Part shown: positions 50,817 to 64,000 of the stretch, piece by piece
How positions within the stretch are numbered: position 1 is the first letter of the stretch
How the letters are laid out: every line of letters starts with the position of its first letter
NCBI GenBank assembly: GCA_951406725.2
Contig: OX597814.1
Location: 207,948,001 to 208,012,000, forward strand
Length of the DNA stretch: 64,000 bases
Reading direction: 5' to 3'
From: Octopus vulgaris
Taxonomy: Eukaryota
Notes under the pieces: model-generated
The model's database searches: none
Told to the model about the DNA's origin: nothing
What the model saw: the letters and a program-made list of their open reading frames with translations, nothing else
Program-made: the position numbers and the translations under genes

Positions 50817-51093
50817 GGATTCCAACCAAGATCCTGTGGGTTGATATATAAAATTCCAGCCCTCGATACAGTAGCAGGAGTAGCTGTCTTCAGATGGCTG
50901 ATTTCGAAAAGCAAGCGCATAGATGGAGTAAGAGGGATACGTTCATTACTGGCTAAAGTAAGCACTTTATTGTCATCCATAACAGTGTTCAGAGATTCTA
51001 TCCACATTGGATCGATGTCTCCATCCAAGACAATCCATTTCGGACCATCTCCACTCATATTTGAAAGGTCTCTCATTATTACAGAAAACAGGC
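50817..51093 (-). CDS. DNAH9/11/17-like: Dynein HC exon e (AAA2)
   Basis: [59 protein letters not shown](P); 277 nt. Confidence 0.95.
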
Positions 51094-51972
51094 CTAAATG
51101 AAACAAAAAAAAAAAAAAAATGGAAAGAAAAAAAATTAATTTTAAAAGAAAATTGTAAGAAAATATTTTAAGAATGCTCAATATATGACACTTGCTTCTA
51201 AATTGCCTGTTTATATAGTATGTGATGGGTGTATTCAATATGCAAAAAATACACACACAGACACATGCACATACATACCTGTCTTCTTAGTAAATTTGTA
51301 TATTTGCATATAATTTGCATATGTGTGAGTGTGTGTGTTTGTGAATACAGGGTTGGCCAAAAGTCACCCAACAGTAAATCAAAATTCCATAAATACTATC
51401 TGTAATTCAGTATTGACTTGAATGGAAAAATGTGTCACTCAAAAAGGATTTCAGCTGCATAAAATTATGGGAGAAGCGAGTCACTATTTGTGGTGGTTAG
51501 GTAGAGAAAGACTAATAATTATGCCAAGTTTCGATTATCCCAGTCCTTGGGAAGTGGGCCAGGGGAAATCTTTAATGAACACCTTTTTTGTGTGTATGCG
51601 TATGTGTGTGTGTGTGTGCATGTGTGTGTGCATGTGTGTGTGTGCATGTGTGTGTGTGTGTGTAACAAGCACACACATACATACAGAATGCTGATTGCTC
51701 TTTAACAGCAATTAATATGCTAGAATTGATATTAGTTTCAAATTTTGGCACAAGGCGAGCAATTTGGAGTAGTAGTGCAGGTCATGTCAGCACACTAACT
51801 CATTCAAGTCGGAAGAAATATCACTAAGCATTTTGTCCAGCACGGTGATGATTCGGCCAGCCTACTGCCTTATGACAGTATTAACATTGATTGCAAATTT
51901 TCACACAAAGCCCGTACTTTTGGGTGAGGGTCTAAGTTGATTACATCCATCCCAGTGTTCAACTAGTATTTA

Positions 51973-52538
51973 TTGGGTCATCCAGAAAGTTCATGCCAAT
52001 TTTTAAAGGAAAGAAAAAGGTCAATAAATACTTGCTATTACATTTTTAATCAACTAAATATGAACCATTTTGTTGCACAATGCATCTCCATCTTTCCTTT
52101 AACTTGAAAATACCCTCTTCCAAGAATGAAGGTGGTTTCATGGCAAAGAATTCATCAAGGTATCTTTTTACGTCATCCAAGGAATTGAAATTTTTACCAT
52201 TAAGACTATTCTGCAGAGACCTGAATAAGTGGAAATCCGAAGGAGCAATATTTGGTGAATATGGAAGGTGGGGTAACACATCCCAGCCAAGCTGCAGCAA
52301 TTTTTGTCTGGTTCCCAAAGCATCAAGTGCCGAAAATGAACTTTCTTGTCTTCCATTTTAAAGGATTACAAAATTAACACAGGTTATAGGAACATAAACC
52401 TTCTTCCATGAAAAGATAGCTTAAACTGTGCTCTGAATGGAGGTGTAGTCAAATCCTATTTTATGGACTCAACCATGTTCTAAAATAAGTCGAAAGGTAA
52501 GCTGCTATAAATTGGCATGAACTTTCCGGACAACCCAA
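51973..52538 (-). mobile_element. Internally deleted mariner transposon with TA TSD, nested in a family-A SINE
   Basis: TIRs ttgggtcatccagaaagttcatgccaattt / aaattggcatgaactttccggacaacccaa; N-terminal MEDKKVHFRHLML fused to C-terminal LGWDVLPHLPYSPNIAPSDFHLF. Confidence 0.9.
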
Positions 52539-52703
52539 TATTTTATTGACCCTGAAAGGATGAAAGGTAAAGTTGACCTCAACAGCTTATGAACTCAGAA
52601 CACAAAGACACACAAAGTGCTGCTTAGAACTTTGCCCATTGTTCTAACGATTCTGTCAGCTTGCCACCTTTATGCTAGAATTAGGATTTAAAAGATAACT
52701 TAC

Positions 52704-52914
52704 CATCTTTCCATTCTCTTGTTGATGGATTAATGATACCAAATAGTTCATCATTAGTTACAGCTTTTGGATCCAAGACAATTGCAAGAGGTTTCAGCTT
52801 TTGGTTACGATGGGTTTGGAGTAAAACATTCCAAACTTGACTCTTACCAGTTCCAGCATTTCCAATGATGAAAACAGAGTGTCGAACATCAAATAATTCT
52901 TGCAACTGAACTAC
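52704..52914 (-). CDS. DNAH9/11/17-like: Dynein HC exon d (AAA2 P-loop)
   Basis: [25 protein letters not shown]...TREWKD(G); 211 nt, ends in phase 1. Confidence 0.95.
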
Positions 52915-53128
52915 CTACAGAAATAAATTACAAATAGGGTCTGGATGGGGTAAAGCCACAAAATGATAACTGATAATAATATGCCAGTAAGTAAGTGACT
53001 GAATATATGATATACATCTTTTATCTTTTACTTGCTTCAATCATTAGACTGTGGCCATGCTGGGGCACCACCTTGGAGAATTATTTTAGCTGAATGAATC
53101 AACCCCAGTACTTATTTTAAATCTGGTA

Positions 53129-53161
<33 letters not shown>

Positions 53162-53640
53162 TGTTTAACGTCTGCTTTCCATGCTAGCATGGGTTGGACG
53201 ATTTTGACTGAGGGCTGGTGAACCAGATGGCTGCACCAGGCTCCAATCTTGATCTGGCAGAGTTTTTACAGCTGGATGCCCTTCCTAACGCCAACCACTC
53301 TGAGAGTGTAGTGGATGCTTTATACATGCCACCGGCATGGGGGCCAGTCAGGCGGTACTGGCAATGACCTCGCTCGAATCTTTTTACACGTGCCACCGGC
53401 ACAGGTGCCAGTAAGGTGACACTGGTAACGATCACTTTCGAATGGTGCCCTTTTATGTGCCACCGGCATGGAAGCCAGTTAGCCGCTCTGGCAATGATCA
53501 TGCTCGGATGGTGTTCTTGGCACCCTACTAGCACGGGCACAAGTGCCAGTAAGGTGACGCTGGTAACTATCACACTCGAATGGTGCCTTTTATATGCCAC
53601 TGATACAGAAGCCGGTTAGCCGCTCTGTCAGCAATCCCAC
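53129..53640 (-). mobile_element. Family C retroposon nested in a family-B copy (53017-53900)
   Basis: Family consensus match. Confidence 0.75.
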
Positions 53641-53951
53641 TCATGGTACATATAAGCTATTAGCCTCTTTTGCCAAACAGCCAGGTTACAAGGATGTAAA
53701 CACATCAGCACATGTTGTCAAGTGGTGGTGGAGGACAAACACACACACACACACATACATATATAAAATGAGCTTCTTTCAGTTTCCGTCTACCAAATTC
53801 ACTAACAAGGTTTTGGTTGGTGCAAGGCTATAGTAGAAGACACTCGCCCAAGTTGGCATGCAGTGACAAGCTTCTTAACACACACCTACATCTGCACCTA
53901 TATGTATATAATTTCTTTCTCAATAAACCTAGAATATGCTGCCTTATAATT

Positions 53952-54185
53952 TCTATTTCTTTACTACCCACAAGGGGCTAAACACAGAGAGGACAAACAA
54001 GGACAGACAAACGGATTAAGTCGAATATATCAACCCCAGTGCTTAACTGGTACTTATTTAATCGACCCCGAAAGGATGAAAGGCAAAGTTGACCTCGGCG
54101 GAATTTGAACTCAGAACGTAACGGCCGACGAAATACCGCTAAGCATTTCGCCCAGCGTGCTAACAACTCTGCCAGCTCGCCACCC
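53952..54185 (-). mobile_element. SINE family A
   Basis: Family consensus match. Confidence 0.8.
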
Positions 54186-56994
54186 TATAATTTCGCTTCC
54201 TTATAATTTCACTCACATAGGTACTATTATATGCTCTCATAGATACATTGAACAATTCAACCTTGTTTTGTCTTTTATGTGTGCGTGTGTATGACAATTA
54301 CAAGAATTCTCATACACACATACAATGCTTAATGTCGTTTCACATTCACGTTGAATTATGCAGCAATCTTATGTTCTCTTCATAGAACACTTGCAATGTA
54401 TGTATTACCAATTCTTTTGGTATAGTAGATTTTTGATATTCTTGTTTATGTCTCCTCACAGACATGTGTATATTCTAACAAGTCACTTCTTAAATTTCGC
54501 ACCTCTCTTGTTCAATAAACACTGAATTAAACTTGCAAAGCAGTATATTTTCTTCTTTTGATTTTTAATCTTTATTTTAGTGGATTACCAAGCTATCAGT
54601 TTGGTCTTCCAGCTAAAATGGTGATGACAAATTTTAAAGTTTGCTTGACATTTTATAAATGCGAAAGGGATTAAAATTTCGATGCTCAATATCCAAGGTT
54701 CTGACAAGAATAGGCAGAAAATCAGACCTTGAGACAAGAAGACACTTTCAACCAATCAGAATTCTGTTTACATAATCAGTTTGATCAGTCACCTTCCTCT
54801 GTCAGTTGAGTAAAGTGTCATCCAAGCTGATGTTTATTGGCAATTAAACTTATTTTGCAACACTTGTGCATATTTATCAGCTTTGTTTTTGTTGATAAGA
54901 ATTACCAATGATTTTTCCTGTGATTGTGATTTGAGAAGACATACAGAAGTATGCTACAGATTGGACATAATCTCTTCTGGGCAAGATATGTGAAATAAAG
55001 TTTATTATAAACAACACAAACACTTTGTAATTTAATAGCTTTCAATGTGAACCTGCTAAACAGAAATAATTTTTTTTTTATGAAAATTTAATAAAATCTA
55101 ATCATAAGTAAGTGAAATTATGCTAAATACAATTAAATTGAAAACCTTTTTTTCCCTGGCCATATTGGCAATTTTGAAAACTTTTAGGTGTGAAGTTTAC
55201 ACAAGTAGAAGGTTATTTTAGCAATTTTTATCCTGAAAATCACATGTGTAAATTACACAGGCGTGCAAATTACATGGGTTTTTACAGTAAATATAAGAGC
55301 AACTGTGTTGGTATTTAAAAATTGATACTACAAGCATAAACATTCATTCATCAACCCTAGAAAATTTGCATTAGCTTCATAAAAATTTATGTGGTTCTTA
55401 CATGAGACATTACATTCTTACATTAGAATTCAAAATTATTTGGTTGCTATGGATAAAGCACAAGCTTATTATATAGGTAGCTTGGGGTCAAAAAGCAGTG
55501 CAACATTTGTCTGAGCAATAAGAATTTTGAAATGGTTTAAACAAGAGAATTGTTGGCCCCTTGTGTTCAGAAATGTAAAAGTCTTTTGTGTAAATTACAA
55601 GACTCTTTGGTTTTTTGATTTGGTTCAGTAAATGAGTATATATAACAATCTATGCGTATGTGGTGGGGCTGTTGATAAATAAATAAATAAAATTACTACA
55701 TTTCACTACATTTATTCACTAAGCTGCTTACAATCTATTGTGAATTTACTGACATGGATATTTATATGTAATCTTTAATCTTTTATTTGTTTAATTCACT
55801 GGACTGTGGACATACTGAGACACTGCTTTGAATATCTTTTCATATTTCATTCATTTTCTTTAATTTTTTCATCTTAATTCATTCTCTTTTTGTATTTTAA
55901 GCTCCCTGATTTTATGTTTGTATTGTTTGTATTGTCCTATCTATGTATAGTCCTTTGTGGATAATAAAAAAATCGGCTGCTTTGAAAGGCCTACTTGATC
56001 CTAGTACTTAAATTTTTTTTTTTATAAACCTAGTACTCATACTACTGGTCACTTTTGCAGGACTGCTTACTTATGGTGATGTAAGCAAACCAATACTGGT
56101 TGTACAAACATAACCACACACGTACATATACACACATATATATACAAAAGGCTTCCATACAGAATCTAGCACCCAATTCACTCACAAGGTATTGGTCAGT
56201 GCAAGGCTATAGTAGAAAACACCTGCTCAAAATGCTGAAACCATATGATTACAAAGCAAGCTTCCTAACTACACAGCCATACCTGCATACTTTAATTTGG
56301 CTGAATTTGTTGCATCCTTACAATAATAAACTGTTTTCTATTGTAAACATAGCAGTGAATCATTTTTTTTTTCAGGTACTTATTCAAAAGTCAAGAAAAT
56401 TAATTAAATCTTAATAAAGTAGATGACAATCAAATAACATAGAAGTTGCTTTCAAATATCTTTTAAAGACTGACATAGAATTCTGTAGAAAGAAAATGGA
56501 TTTCTTTTCTCCACATTATTTTGTCTTACAGAAGTATCCTAATGATTACAAAGTAATTACATTGCCTTCAAATTGTATTTATTATATTTAGTTAAATTTC
56601 AGTTAATGGATATATTCATTAGCTTTTAATTCACAACTTTGTTTGATACATTACTTCCAAAGCTCTGCTCTTCACCTTTAATGCCTCCTATTCTGTAGTA
56701 TTACACATCCAGAAAACTGCATCACACAATTCTAGAGAAGGTGGTACCACAGACAATTTGAAAAGGGATAACAATCAAACCAATGCCCCTTTAAAAATAC
56801 CTTCACTCATACCACCCAGTTTGTTAACCACCTCTTCTTCGCCAGTGTTAACAAGTTTTAGGAATTAGGACTTGAAGCATTCAGCTTCAATATTTGAAAA
56901 AGTAGGAGTCTATTTGAAGAAAAGATATATACATGAGGCTATTGGATGAGCTCTTTATTAGCAAGTGATATGCACAGAAGCTCTAGCTCACACT

Positions 56995-57406
56995 AGTCTT
57001 TACTATATGGCTCAGAAACCTGGACGTTATCAAAGAAGCTTGAGAGGCGGTTGGATGGAACTTACACTCGCCTCCTTATGAGAGCTCAAAATCTCTCGTG
57101 GAAGCGTCATCCAACCAAAATGCAAATATATGGAAAACTACCACCTATGTCATCTCTTGTGAAAGGTAGGAGAGTCCAGTTTGCTGGACATTGTTGTAGA
57201 GCTGAAAAAGAGGTAATTTCTACTCTTCTCCTCTGGAAGCCATCTACTCGCGATACCAGAGGGCACACACTCTCCTACCCTGATGTAATCGCCAGGGTTA
57301 CAGGCATCCAGCAACAGGACCTCCGAAATGCCATGATGGACCGTGAAGTCTGGCATAGCATAGTAAATTGCATTGTCTCGACCACGGTCGAACAATGATA
57401 ATGATG
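56995..57406 (+). mobile_element. RTE-group LINE 3' fragment with a 10-bp TSD
   Basis: LYGSETWTLSKKLERRLDGTYTRLLMRA..FAGHC; (GAT)n tail; TSD AGCTCACACT at 56985 and 57407. Confidence 0.85.
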
Positions 57407-58504
57407 AGCTCACACTCCTTTATGTTAAGGTTATAGGAAATTAAGAAATTAGATGCTGCGCCTGATGAAGTTACATTATGGAGAAATGTTAACTAATTAG
57501 TTTTTGTTTCTCTAATTTATTTCATTGTAATTTTATAAAACTTCTCACATTGTACTCTCTCCAACTAAGACATCTATTTTGTGGGGAGGTCATGGTAAAT
57601 TTAAGGTGAAATTTCCTCACCCTTCCTCTCTCTGACTTCATTTGTGTAATATTCCTTCTCTAAATCAGAGAGCATTTTAAATTTAAGTAAACTCCAGCTG
57701 ACCTGAATTTCTGACCTAGTTTCAATCCTGAGTTGTATTTATTTCACTTCACTTAATTGTTAATGTCCCTTAAAAAGTGACAATGTTACACAATCTTAAT
57801 TTACTTCCTCTTCAAATGTTCAAAGCTTTGTGTTGAGTTAATAAATCAATATTCCATCTCTTAGACTAAAAGTGCAATATGAAATCAAACATGAATATTA
57901 TGTATTTGTATGCATGGCAGTGCGTATATGTGCGTGTATGAATGACTGAACACATAATAATCAAATGAAATCATAAATTTACAAATTAAATATTTTTTCA
58001 TAGTTCTAGATATTTTTTAAATTCAAATTTTATATACATTTTTTTGAAATTTTTTTACTCATTTTTGTCATAAATTGTAGCAACATAAAATGTTCATTTG
58101 CTTGTAAAAAAAACAAAAAAACTGAGCTACTAAGAGAATGAAGATTACTTCTGAAACGACAAGAGCATTTTTTTATTTATTATTTAAAGCATGATTGGAT
58201 TACAGGTCCACTGAAGAGATTAATATAATCTAATCAGTTCAGCATGGCAATATGAATCAGGATACTTAATATTCCCATTGATCACTATTTACTTGAACAT
58301 GTGGGAATTTTTTTATTTTTTTTTTTTTAATTTTATCTAGTTTCAGCTCACGAGCTGTGGTCATGCTGGGGCACCACCATTCTGAAAATATTTAATATTT
58401 AATATTTAATATATATGTTTCTTAATAGGCTTTCTTGTTCATCCTCATTGTAACTGTTGAAGTTTCTATGACAAAAATTGTATAAGAACCTGTTGCATGC
58501 ACAT

Positions 58505-58549
<45 letters not shown>

Positions 58550-58676
58550 GGTTCACTTATAATAAAAACAATTTTACATTAATCTGATGGATTATTGTAT
58601 ACTTTCGAAGAGTAAAAAATAGGTTGAGAATCAAGAATCAAACGTAAGAATCAAATGTAAGTTTTATAAGTTTTAC

Positions 58677-58871
58677 CTTTAGTATAAAACTATCTTCAGG
58701 TTGTAACTGTTTATCCAAAACAGCTTGTCTGATGTTTTTCTCAAACACCATATCTCTTTTACGAGGGACATCAAGGGATGGGAATAAGTCACTTATGAGC
58801 CCCATAAACACTGGAAGGTCATCAGTTACGATTTTGGGGATGTTAAAATCTCGCAGAGCTCTCATTAGTAC
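58677..58871 (-). CDS. DNAH9/11/17-like: Dynein HC exon c
   Basis: [18 protein letters not shown]...QPEDSFILK; 195 nt; AG/GT flanks. Confidence 0.95.
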
Positions 58872-59295
58872 CTGAAAATACAATTGCAAAAAATAATTTA
58901 TTGTAGATACAGCATTAAACTGAACATCATAATCAGCACTGCCCCTGCCATTGTAGTTATCATCATCATCATCAATTCTTTTGGCAAGTAGATATGATAT
59001 TAGACGTAGCATCATCAACACTACCACTACCACTACCACCACCACCACCACCATTATCCTTACCATCACCATCATCATCTGCATTATCATCAACAATCTT
59101 TTAGGTATGATGAGATCTTACAGTGTTCCCTCTGGTTCAGCTTCTCTTGAGCAATCCTCTTCCATGTCTACAAATTATATTTTTTGCCAGAGGTTCAGCA
59201 TTGCTATTGGTTATCTCTAGTTTCTACAAATTTTTTTCAGTCTAGTTTTCTTTTTATTTTCCTTTTGCATTCTTCTTTATTTAAAAATTTTTTAT

Positions 59296-59752
59296 ATTAA
59301 GAAATATATAAGATATGCCATAGTATACATCTGGAAGATCCTAGAAGGACTTGTCCCAAACTTTGGCATCGAGAGTTACACAAATGCCAGAACTGGGTGC
59401 CACTGCATAGTGCCAAGGACTCCAAATTTGCCATCAAGATGTAGGACAAGATACTGTGATAGCCTGGGCTTCCGAGGCCCACAGCTCTTCAATATCCTCC
59501 CGAAGAACCTAAGAGACCTGCATAGGGTGGATGCAGATGTCTTTAAAATGAAACTGGATCTCTTCTTGTCAGGTGTCCCGGATGAACCAACTTCACGGCA
59601 GGAGGTGCAGATGAAGGTAGCTGCATCGAACTCTCTCATGCACCAGATGGCATTTGCTAAAAAGCATTCGTGAAGTAAAATCATGTAGCAACACCAAATG
59701 GCAGTGCCCCAGCATAGCCACAGCTTGTGAGCTGAAACTAAATAAAATAAAA
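59296..59752 (+). mobile_element. CR1-group LINE 3' end; short minus-strand tails of the same family at 1-73 and 58338-58382
   Basis: YCDSLGFRGPQLFNILPKNLRD..FKMKLDLFLSGVPDEP; 3' UTR gtgccccagcatagccacagcttgtgagctgaaacta(aataa)n. Confidence 0.8.
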
Positions 59753-60346
59753 TTAAAAAAAATTTTTTTAAAGTAGTTTGTATGGCAAGTTTGAAGGATC
59801 CATTCGAATCATATGGTAAGACCAGCACAACCAGTTACGGAATTAATTTCAAAATGGTTGTTGACATTGATTTAACAATCATTTTTCAAATTTAGCATGG
59901 TTTGATTGGAAGAAAAAAATCGAATTATGAAAAATATCTTGAAATCCAAAGTCATTACAAAATTTAAACTGGCTGCAAGATAAGTTGGTAGCCTATTCAT
60001 AACTCCAACTTCATGGTCAAATGTTCAAATATTAATAAACCTATTGTGTTGTGCACCCAACACACCCCTCATAAGGTATGTAATTCTGATTGGTCTAATT
60101 TGCTTAACTGACAGAAGCACAGAATAGTAGTGGTCTCAACAAACATAACCACAATAGTCATTATGTACACAGCCTTCACCTCAATAACCATTACCACTAC
60201 CATAAACAAGACCATAATGATGTCAGCATTGATCATAAAGATAATGTCAATGACAAGAAAGATGATGATGACCACAGGAAAATTCTGCTAGCGCCCATTT
60301 GCCTGACTTAAAAAAAAAAATGGTTATACTTTTACTTCATGGTTGA

Positions 60347-60608
60347 GTGTACAATAAATACTATATTTAAAAGATATTTCTTCCTGCATTTACCATTTAG
60401 TTTATGCAGCTCAGAAGATGTGATACAATGATCTGTGGAAAATATTCTTGAAGGAATTGAAGGTTGAAAGTCACCATTGATGGCAGACACGGGTATGGAA
60501 TAAGTTCTAACAAAGAACATGCTAGGAAATTGAAACAAGTCTTCAACCGTATTGTGCAGCAGAACTTAGAATAAACCCAGATAAAGCAGAAATCAGCAAA
60601 GATAAAGG
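60347..60608 (+). repeat. ~260-bp direct duplicate of the Gypsy RT relic at 62540-62801
   Basis: Near-identical sequence about 2.19 kb apart. Confidence 0.85.
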
Positions 60609-61226
60609 TAGGAAGAGCATCCAAATTTAGAAAAAATGCTTCTCTTAAGTTTACCTGTTACTTGCAAGTGGGAATGAACTGGTAGCTTGTACCATACTTT
60701 CACAAATTATTTTAGGTGTTTACATAGACTTCTTCTCAGCCCTCCCCCATTTTACCCATCAGAGCATCAAATATGTGACATTTAGAAGAAGAGAGAGATG
60801 TCACTGAAGTCAGCTGGTACTTGTTTACAGTTGAGCAGACTAGAGCAGCATGATCTGAAGCACCTTTATCAAGGACACAATGCACCACTCCATTCAGAAA
60901 TTGAACCCATGACTTTCTGATCATGTGCCCAACACTAACCATTAGGCCATGTGCCACCACAAAAACAAAATAAACAAAAGATCATTGATGTACATCAAAA
61001 TTGCATTCCACACAGGTAAGCATGTAAAAATGGATATAATGCATTATATACAAAAAAGTATTACATATATATAAAAAAGTAAAATTTCAAACACTGATTA
61101 AGGGGTAACTAAATTAAAACTACTTGCTCATCTTATCAATTTTATTTCAATACTCCAAGCAAAGCCCCAGCATGGCCAAATTCCACTTGTTGGAACCGAT
61201 AAACGATAAATGGTAAAATGGCCTGA

Positions 61227-61457
61227 GGGCGAGCTGGCAGAAACGTTAGCACGCCGGGCGAAATGCTTAACGGTATTTCGTCTGCCGTTACATTCTGGGT
61301 TCAAATTCCGCCGAGGTCGACTTTGCCTTTCATCCTTTCGGGGTCGATAAATTAAGTACCAGTTACGCACTGGGGTCGATATAATCGACTTAATCCGTTT
61401 GTCTGTCCTTGTTTGTCCTCTCTGTGTTTAGCCCCTTGTGGGTAGTAAAGAAATAGG
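61227..61457 (+). mobile_element. SINE family A with TSD ggtaaaatggcct
   Basis: Direct repeats at 61212 and 61456. Confidence 0.85.
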
Positions 61458-61732
61458 TAAAATGGCCTAAGGGATAAGTTTATTGAGCTATTAATTCATA
61501 GGTTATAAGTTCACACCTGTTCCAGAATGTGTTATTGGGCAGGACAGAATCCTACACACCTTGGTTCTTTTATTCACACAGATGTTAAGAAAAGATACCA
61601 GATTTTCTATCTTTTCTGCTCTGCATAACACAAGTCCAAACTAAGCACTGGCTTTATGGACTCCTGTGCTTGTGAAATTTAAGATGAAGTATTTGATTTA
61701 GCAATCAACAAATATGTGAAAATGCAACTTAC

Positions 61733-61825
61733 CTGATCTTCTGCTCGATTGGGATCACTTCTTTTAAGAGATCCAGCAACAACCAAGACTGATTTGATTG
61801 CACGCAATCCCCAATCATAGTGATC
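61733..61825 (-). CDS. DNAH9/11/17-like: Dynein HC exon b (AAA1 small subdomain), absent from the ORF track
   Basis: ttcag|GAT..CAG|gtaagt; [31 protein letters not shown]; 93 nt. Confidence 0.95.
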
Positions 61826-62299
61826 CTGAAGACAAAAGTTTAAAATTTGAGGTTAGATTAAAGAATTAATAACATGGTGTTGAACTAGTAGAATTGTTAG
61901 ATTGCTAGAAAAAACTGATTGCAGTATTTAGTTACGACCAGTTCCATCTTAAGGCATCAGCACAAAGGGTAATTTTCTAGGGACCTAATCTAAGTATGCT
62001 GAAACTTGTTATCAACAAATAAATGCTATAGGCTCCAATTGCTATATGCAGAGGTTTATGATACTGCTAAGATGGACCTGATTACAGCTCTTCATGTTCT
62101 GCAATCAAATAATGCTGAGGTCAGCTTTGACCTTCATCCCTCAAGGTTTGATAAAAATAAAGTACTAATAAAATACTGAGATTGATTTAATAGTCCTATA
62201 AATCATCTGAGATATGAATGGGATTGTATTGGCAGAAGAAGATACACAAAACATTAAGTTTGGGAAAATTAATGTCAGAAGAAAATTATAATGGTCCTG

Positions 62300-62805
62300 A
62301 AGAGAAAAGTTGAAAAGAAGCAGCTTGATGTTATTGTCAAACTGCGTGAGCCTACAGCATAGGTCAACTCAATGGTCACAGTACAAAAATGTGACAAGGT
62401 AATTATTTGCATTGATCCACAAAGTTACAATGCATGAACATCACCCAGCTGTTGAGGAAGTTGCTACATAAATAGGCAATGCTACTAAGTTCCCTAAATG
62501 GTTACTGGCATATAGCTGGACAAAGAAAACTGAAAACTGTATACAATAAATACTATATTTAAAAGATATTTCTTCCTGCATTTACCATTTAGTTTATGCA
62601 GCACAGGAGATGTGATACAATGATCTGTGGAAAATATTCTTGAAAGAATTGAAGGTTGAAAGTCACCATTGATGGAATACGGAATAAGTATGGAATAAGT
62701 TCTAACAAAGAACAGGCTAGGAAATTGAAACACGTCTTCAACCGTATTGTGCAGCAGAACTTAGAATAAACCCAGATAAAGCAGAAATCAGCAAAGATAA
62801 AGTTA
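62300..62805 (+). pseudogene. Degenerate Ty3/Gypsy reverse transcriptase relic
   Basis: Frames read VKLREPTA*VNSMVTV..IICIDP, then RYFFLHLPFSLCSTGDVIQ*SVENIL and VFNRIVQQNLRINPDK. Confidence 0.6.
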
Positions 62806-63026
62806 GTTGTATCACTCACATACTCACTTGCCATGGTGCTAAACTAAATCCAGAGAATGTGTGAGCAGTTGTTGAGGTGCTACAACCCATGAATAAGAAA
62901 CATAAAAATCAATCACATCTTACACAAGGTAAAGTAGTTTGGATGCAGTATACTTAACAACACAATGGAATGGTTAGGGCTGGAATGATTTGGATAATAA
63001 GTTTGCTTAATCAGGGACAGCCTTAA

Positions 63027-63334
63027 CCCCTTACCCGGCAGAAACGAATATATGCGTTTTGACCGAAATCGTGTTTTTCTATCTCTGGTGAGTTAACTCG
63101 TCAAAAGATAGACTGGCCAAAATCGACAGCAAACGAGTTCCTTCGTCTAAAAACGGGTTAACTCGTTTCTGCCCAAAGCGGTAATTTAAAATCAATATTA
63201 TTGAATTAAAATTCATAATAAATAAGGTTTGAAATATACCTCGAAATCACCATTCAAAACATAGTAAAATAAAACAATTAAAAAATATGTCTGAAAAAAT
63301 ACATTTATTTTCAAAATAATTGTTGGGTAAGGGG
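63027..63334. mobile_element. piggyBac-like MITE
   Basis: TTAA|ccccttacccggca ... tgttgggtaagggg|TTAA. Confidence 0.75.
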
Positions 63335-63419
63335 TTAATGATGCCACTAATGCCACCATCACAAAGAACAGTGATAACAGCAACAACAGAAATACTTATA
63401 ATACTCTGGAAATACATAC

Positions 63420-63558
63420 CTGTTTTGACAAAAGCTCTTTACATAGTTGATATAATGTGATAAACTTTCTAGCAAGAAGCCGAGCATCAAGGAAACCCTC
63501 AGCTACCAACATGATTTCACAAATCAACTCAAAATCAGGCACAACCATAGCACAAGGT
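63420..63558 (-). CDS. DNAH9/11/17-like: Dynein HC exon a (end of AAA1)
   Basis: tttcag|A..CAG|gtatgt; (R)[46 protein letters not shown]; 139 nt. Confidence 0.95.
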
Positions 63559-64000
63559 CTGAAATGATGGAGCGAAAGATAACTGAATAATATAAGTAAT
63601 GTAATGTGTGTGAATGTGTGTACATGTGGTGTGTGTGTGTATTTATGTATCCCATCATTATTGTTTTGATATGGATTGACAGAATTCAACAATGTCTTCT
63701 CAAGTAAGATATTCATCATCATTTAACATCTGTTTTCCATGCTGGCATGGGTTAGAGTATAGCAATGTAGTAAATCACCAGCTTTAAGCAAATAAACAAA
63801 CTGAAAGAGCAGACTTTAACTACAATTTCCTCAGGTCATTTCTTAAACAAAATCTAAGGATACAAAACAGTTCTTAGATCATATGACAAGGTCTCATATA
63901 TGTAATATATAAAAATGCACCCTTTTTAAAGCCTAGCCATGCTCACAGGCCTAGTTTCCCGGTTTCTATAGCATATGTGTTCCCTAGCTGGACGGAACGC

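Larger units (their letters stand above)
3128..63558 (-). other. DNAH9/11/17-like: Axonemal outer-arm dynein beta-type heavy chain gene, internal part (22 exons; gene extends beyond both window ends)
   Basis: The 22 minus-strand exons join in frame with GT-AG sites. They carry the P-loops GNAGTGKS (AAA2), GTAGSGKT (AAA3) and GVGGSGKQS (AAA4), the stalk coiled coils and the MTBD. Motifs such as [22 protein letters not shown] and KKAGRNYGP are typical of the sea-urchin-beta/DNAH9/11/17 clade. Confidence 0.96.

Noticed and set aside
57460-57495. CTGATGAAG..GAAA after a possible old Penelope ORF end (56700-57420)
   Set aside because: There is no pairing for stem II or stem I, and the upstream protein similarity is too weak to call.
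60401-60608. Possible plus-strand exon of a nested gene (tttag|...AAG|gtagg)
   Set aside because: It contains stops and frameshifts, translates as decayed Gypsy RT, and its duplicate has a different sequence at the donor position.

Overview
AT-rich, microsatellite-laden animal genomic DNA. The repeat landscape looks like an Octopus/cephalopod genome, which is an inference and not a database result. The whole window is the interior of one minus-strand gene: 22 GT-AG coding exons (5308 nt, about 1769 aa, reading frame and splice phases consistent throughout) of an outer-arm axonemal dynein beta-type heavy chain (DNAH9/11/17 family). The exons run from the end of AAA1 through AAA2-4, the stalk/MTBD and AAA5, and the gene continues beyond both window ends. 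The introns hold four SINE-like families (here called A-D), CR1, RTE, R4/Dong, Gypsy and Penelope-like (GIY-YIG) relics, mariner, piggyBac-like, hAT-like and Helitron non-autonomous elements, and two minisatellites. The most interesting signal is a set of short repeat elements, several in head-to-head palindromes, that carry type-I hammerhead-ribozyme-like folds with palindromic helix III. One is canonical (CUGAUGA/GAAA/GUC at 48561-48632). Three families have non-canonical cores, and two of them show the 3-8 tertiary pair covaried to G3:C8 (7957, 30951) or U3:A8 (25915). Repeat boundaries were read by eye and are approximate; exon boundaries were checked by phase.
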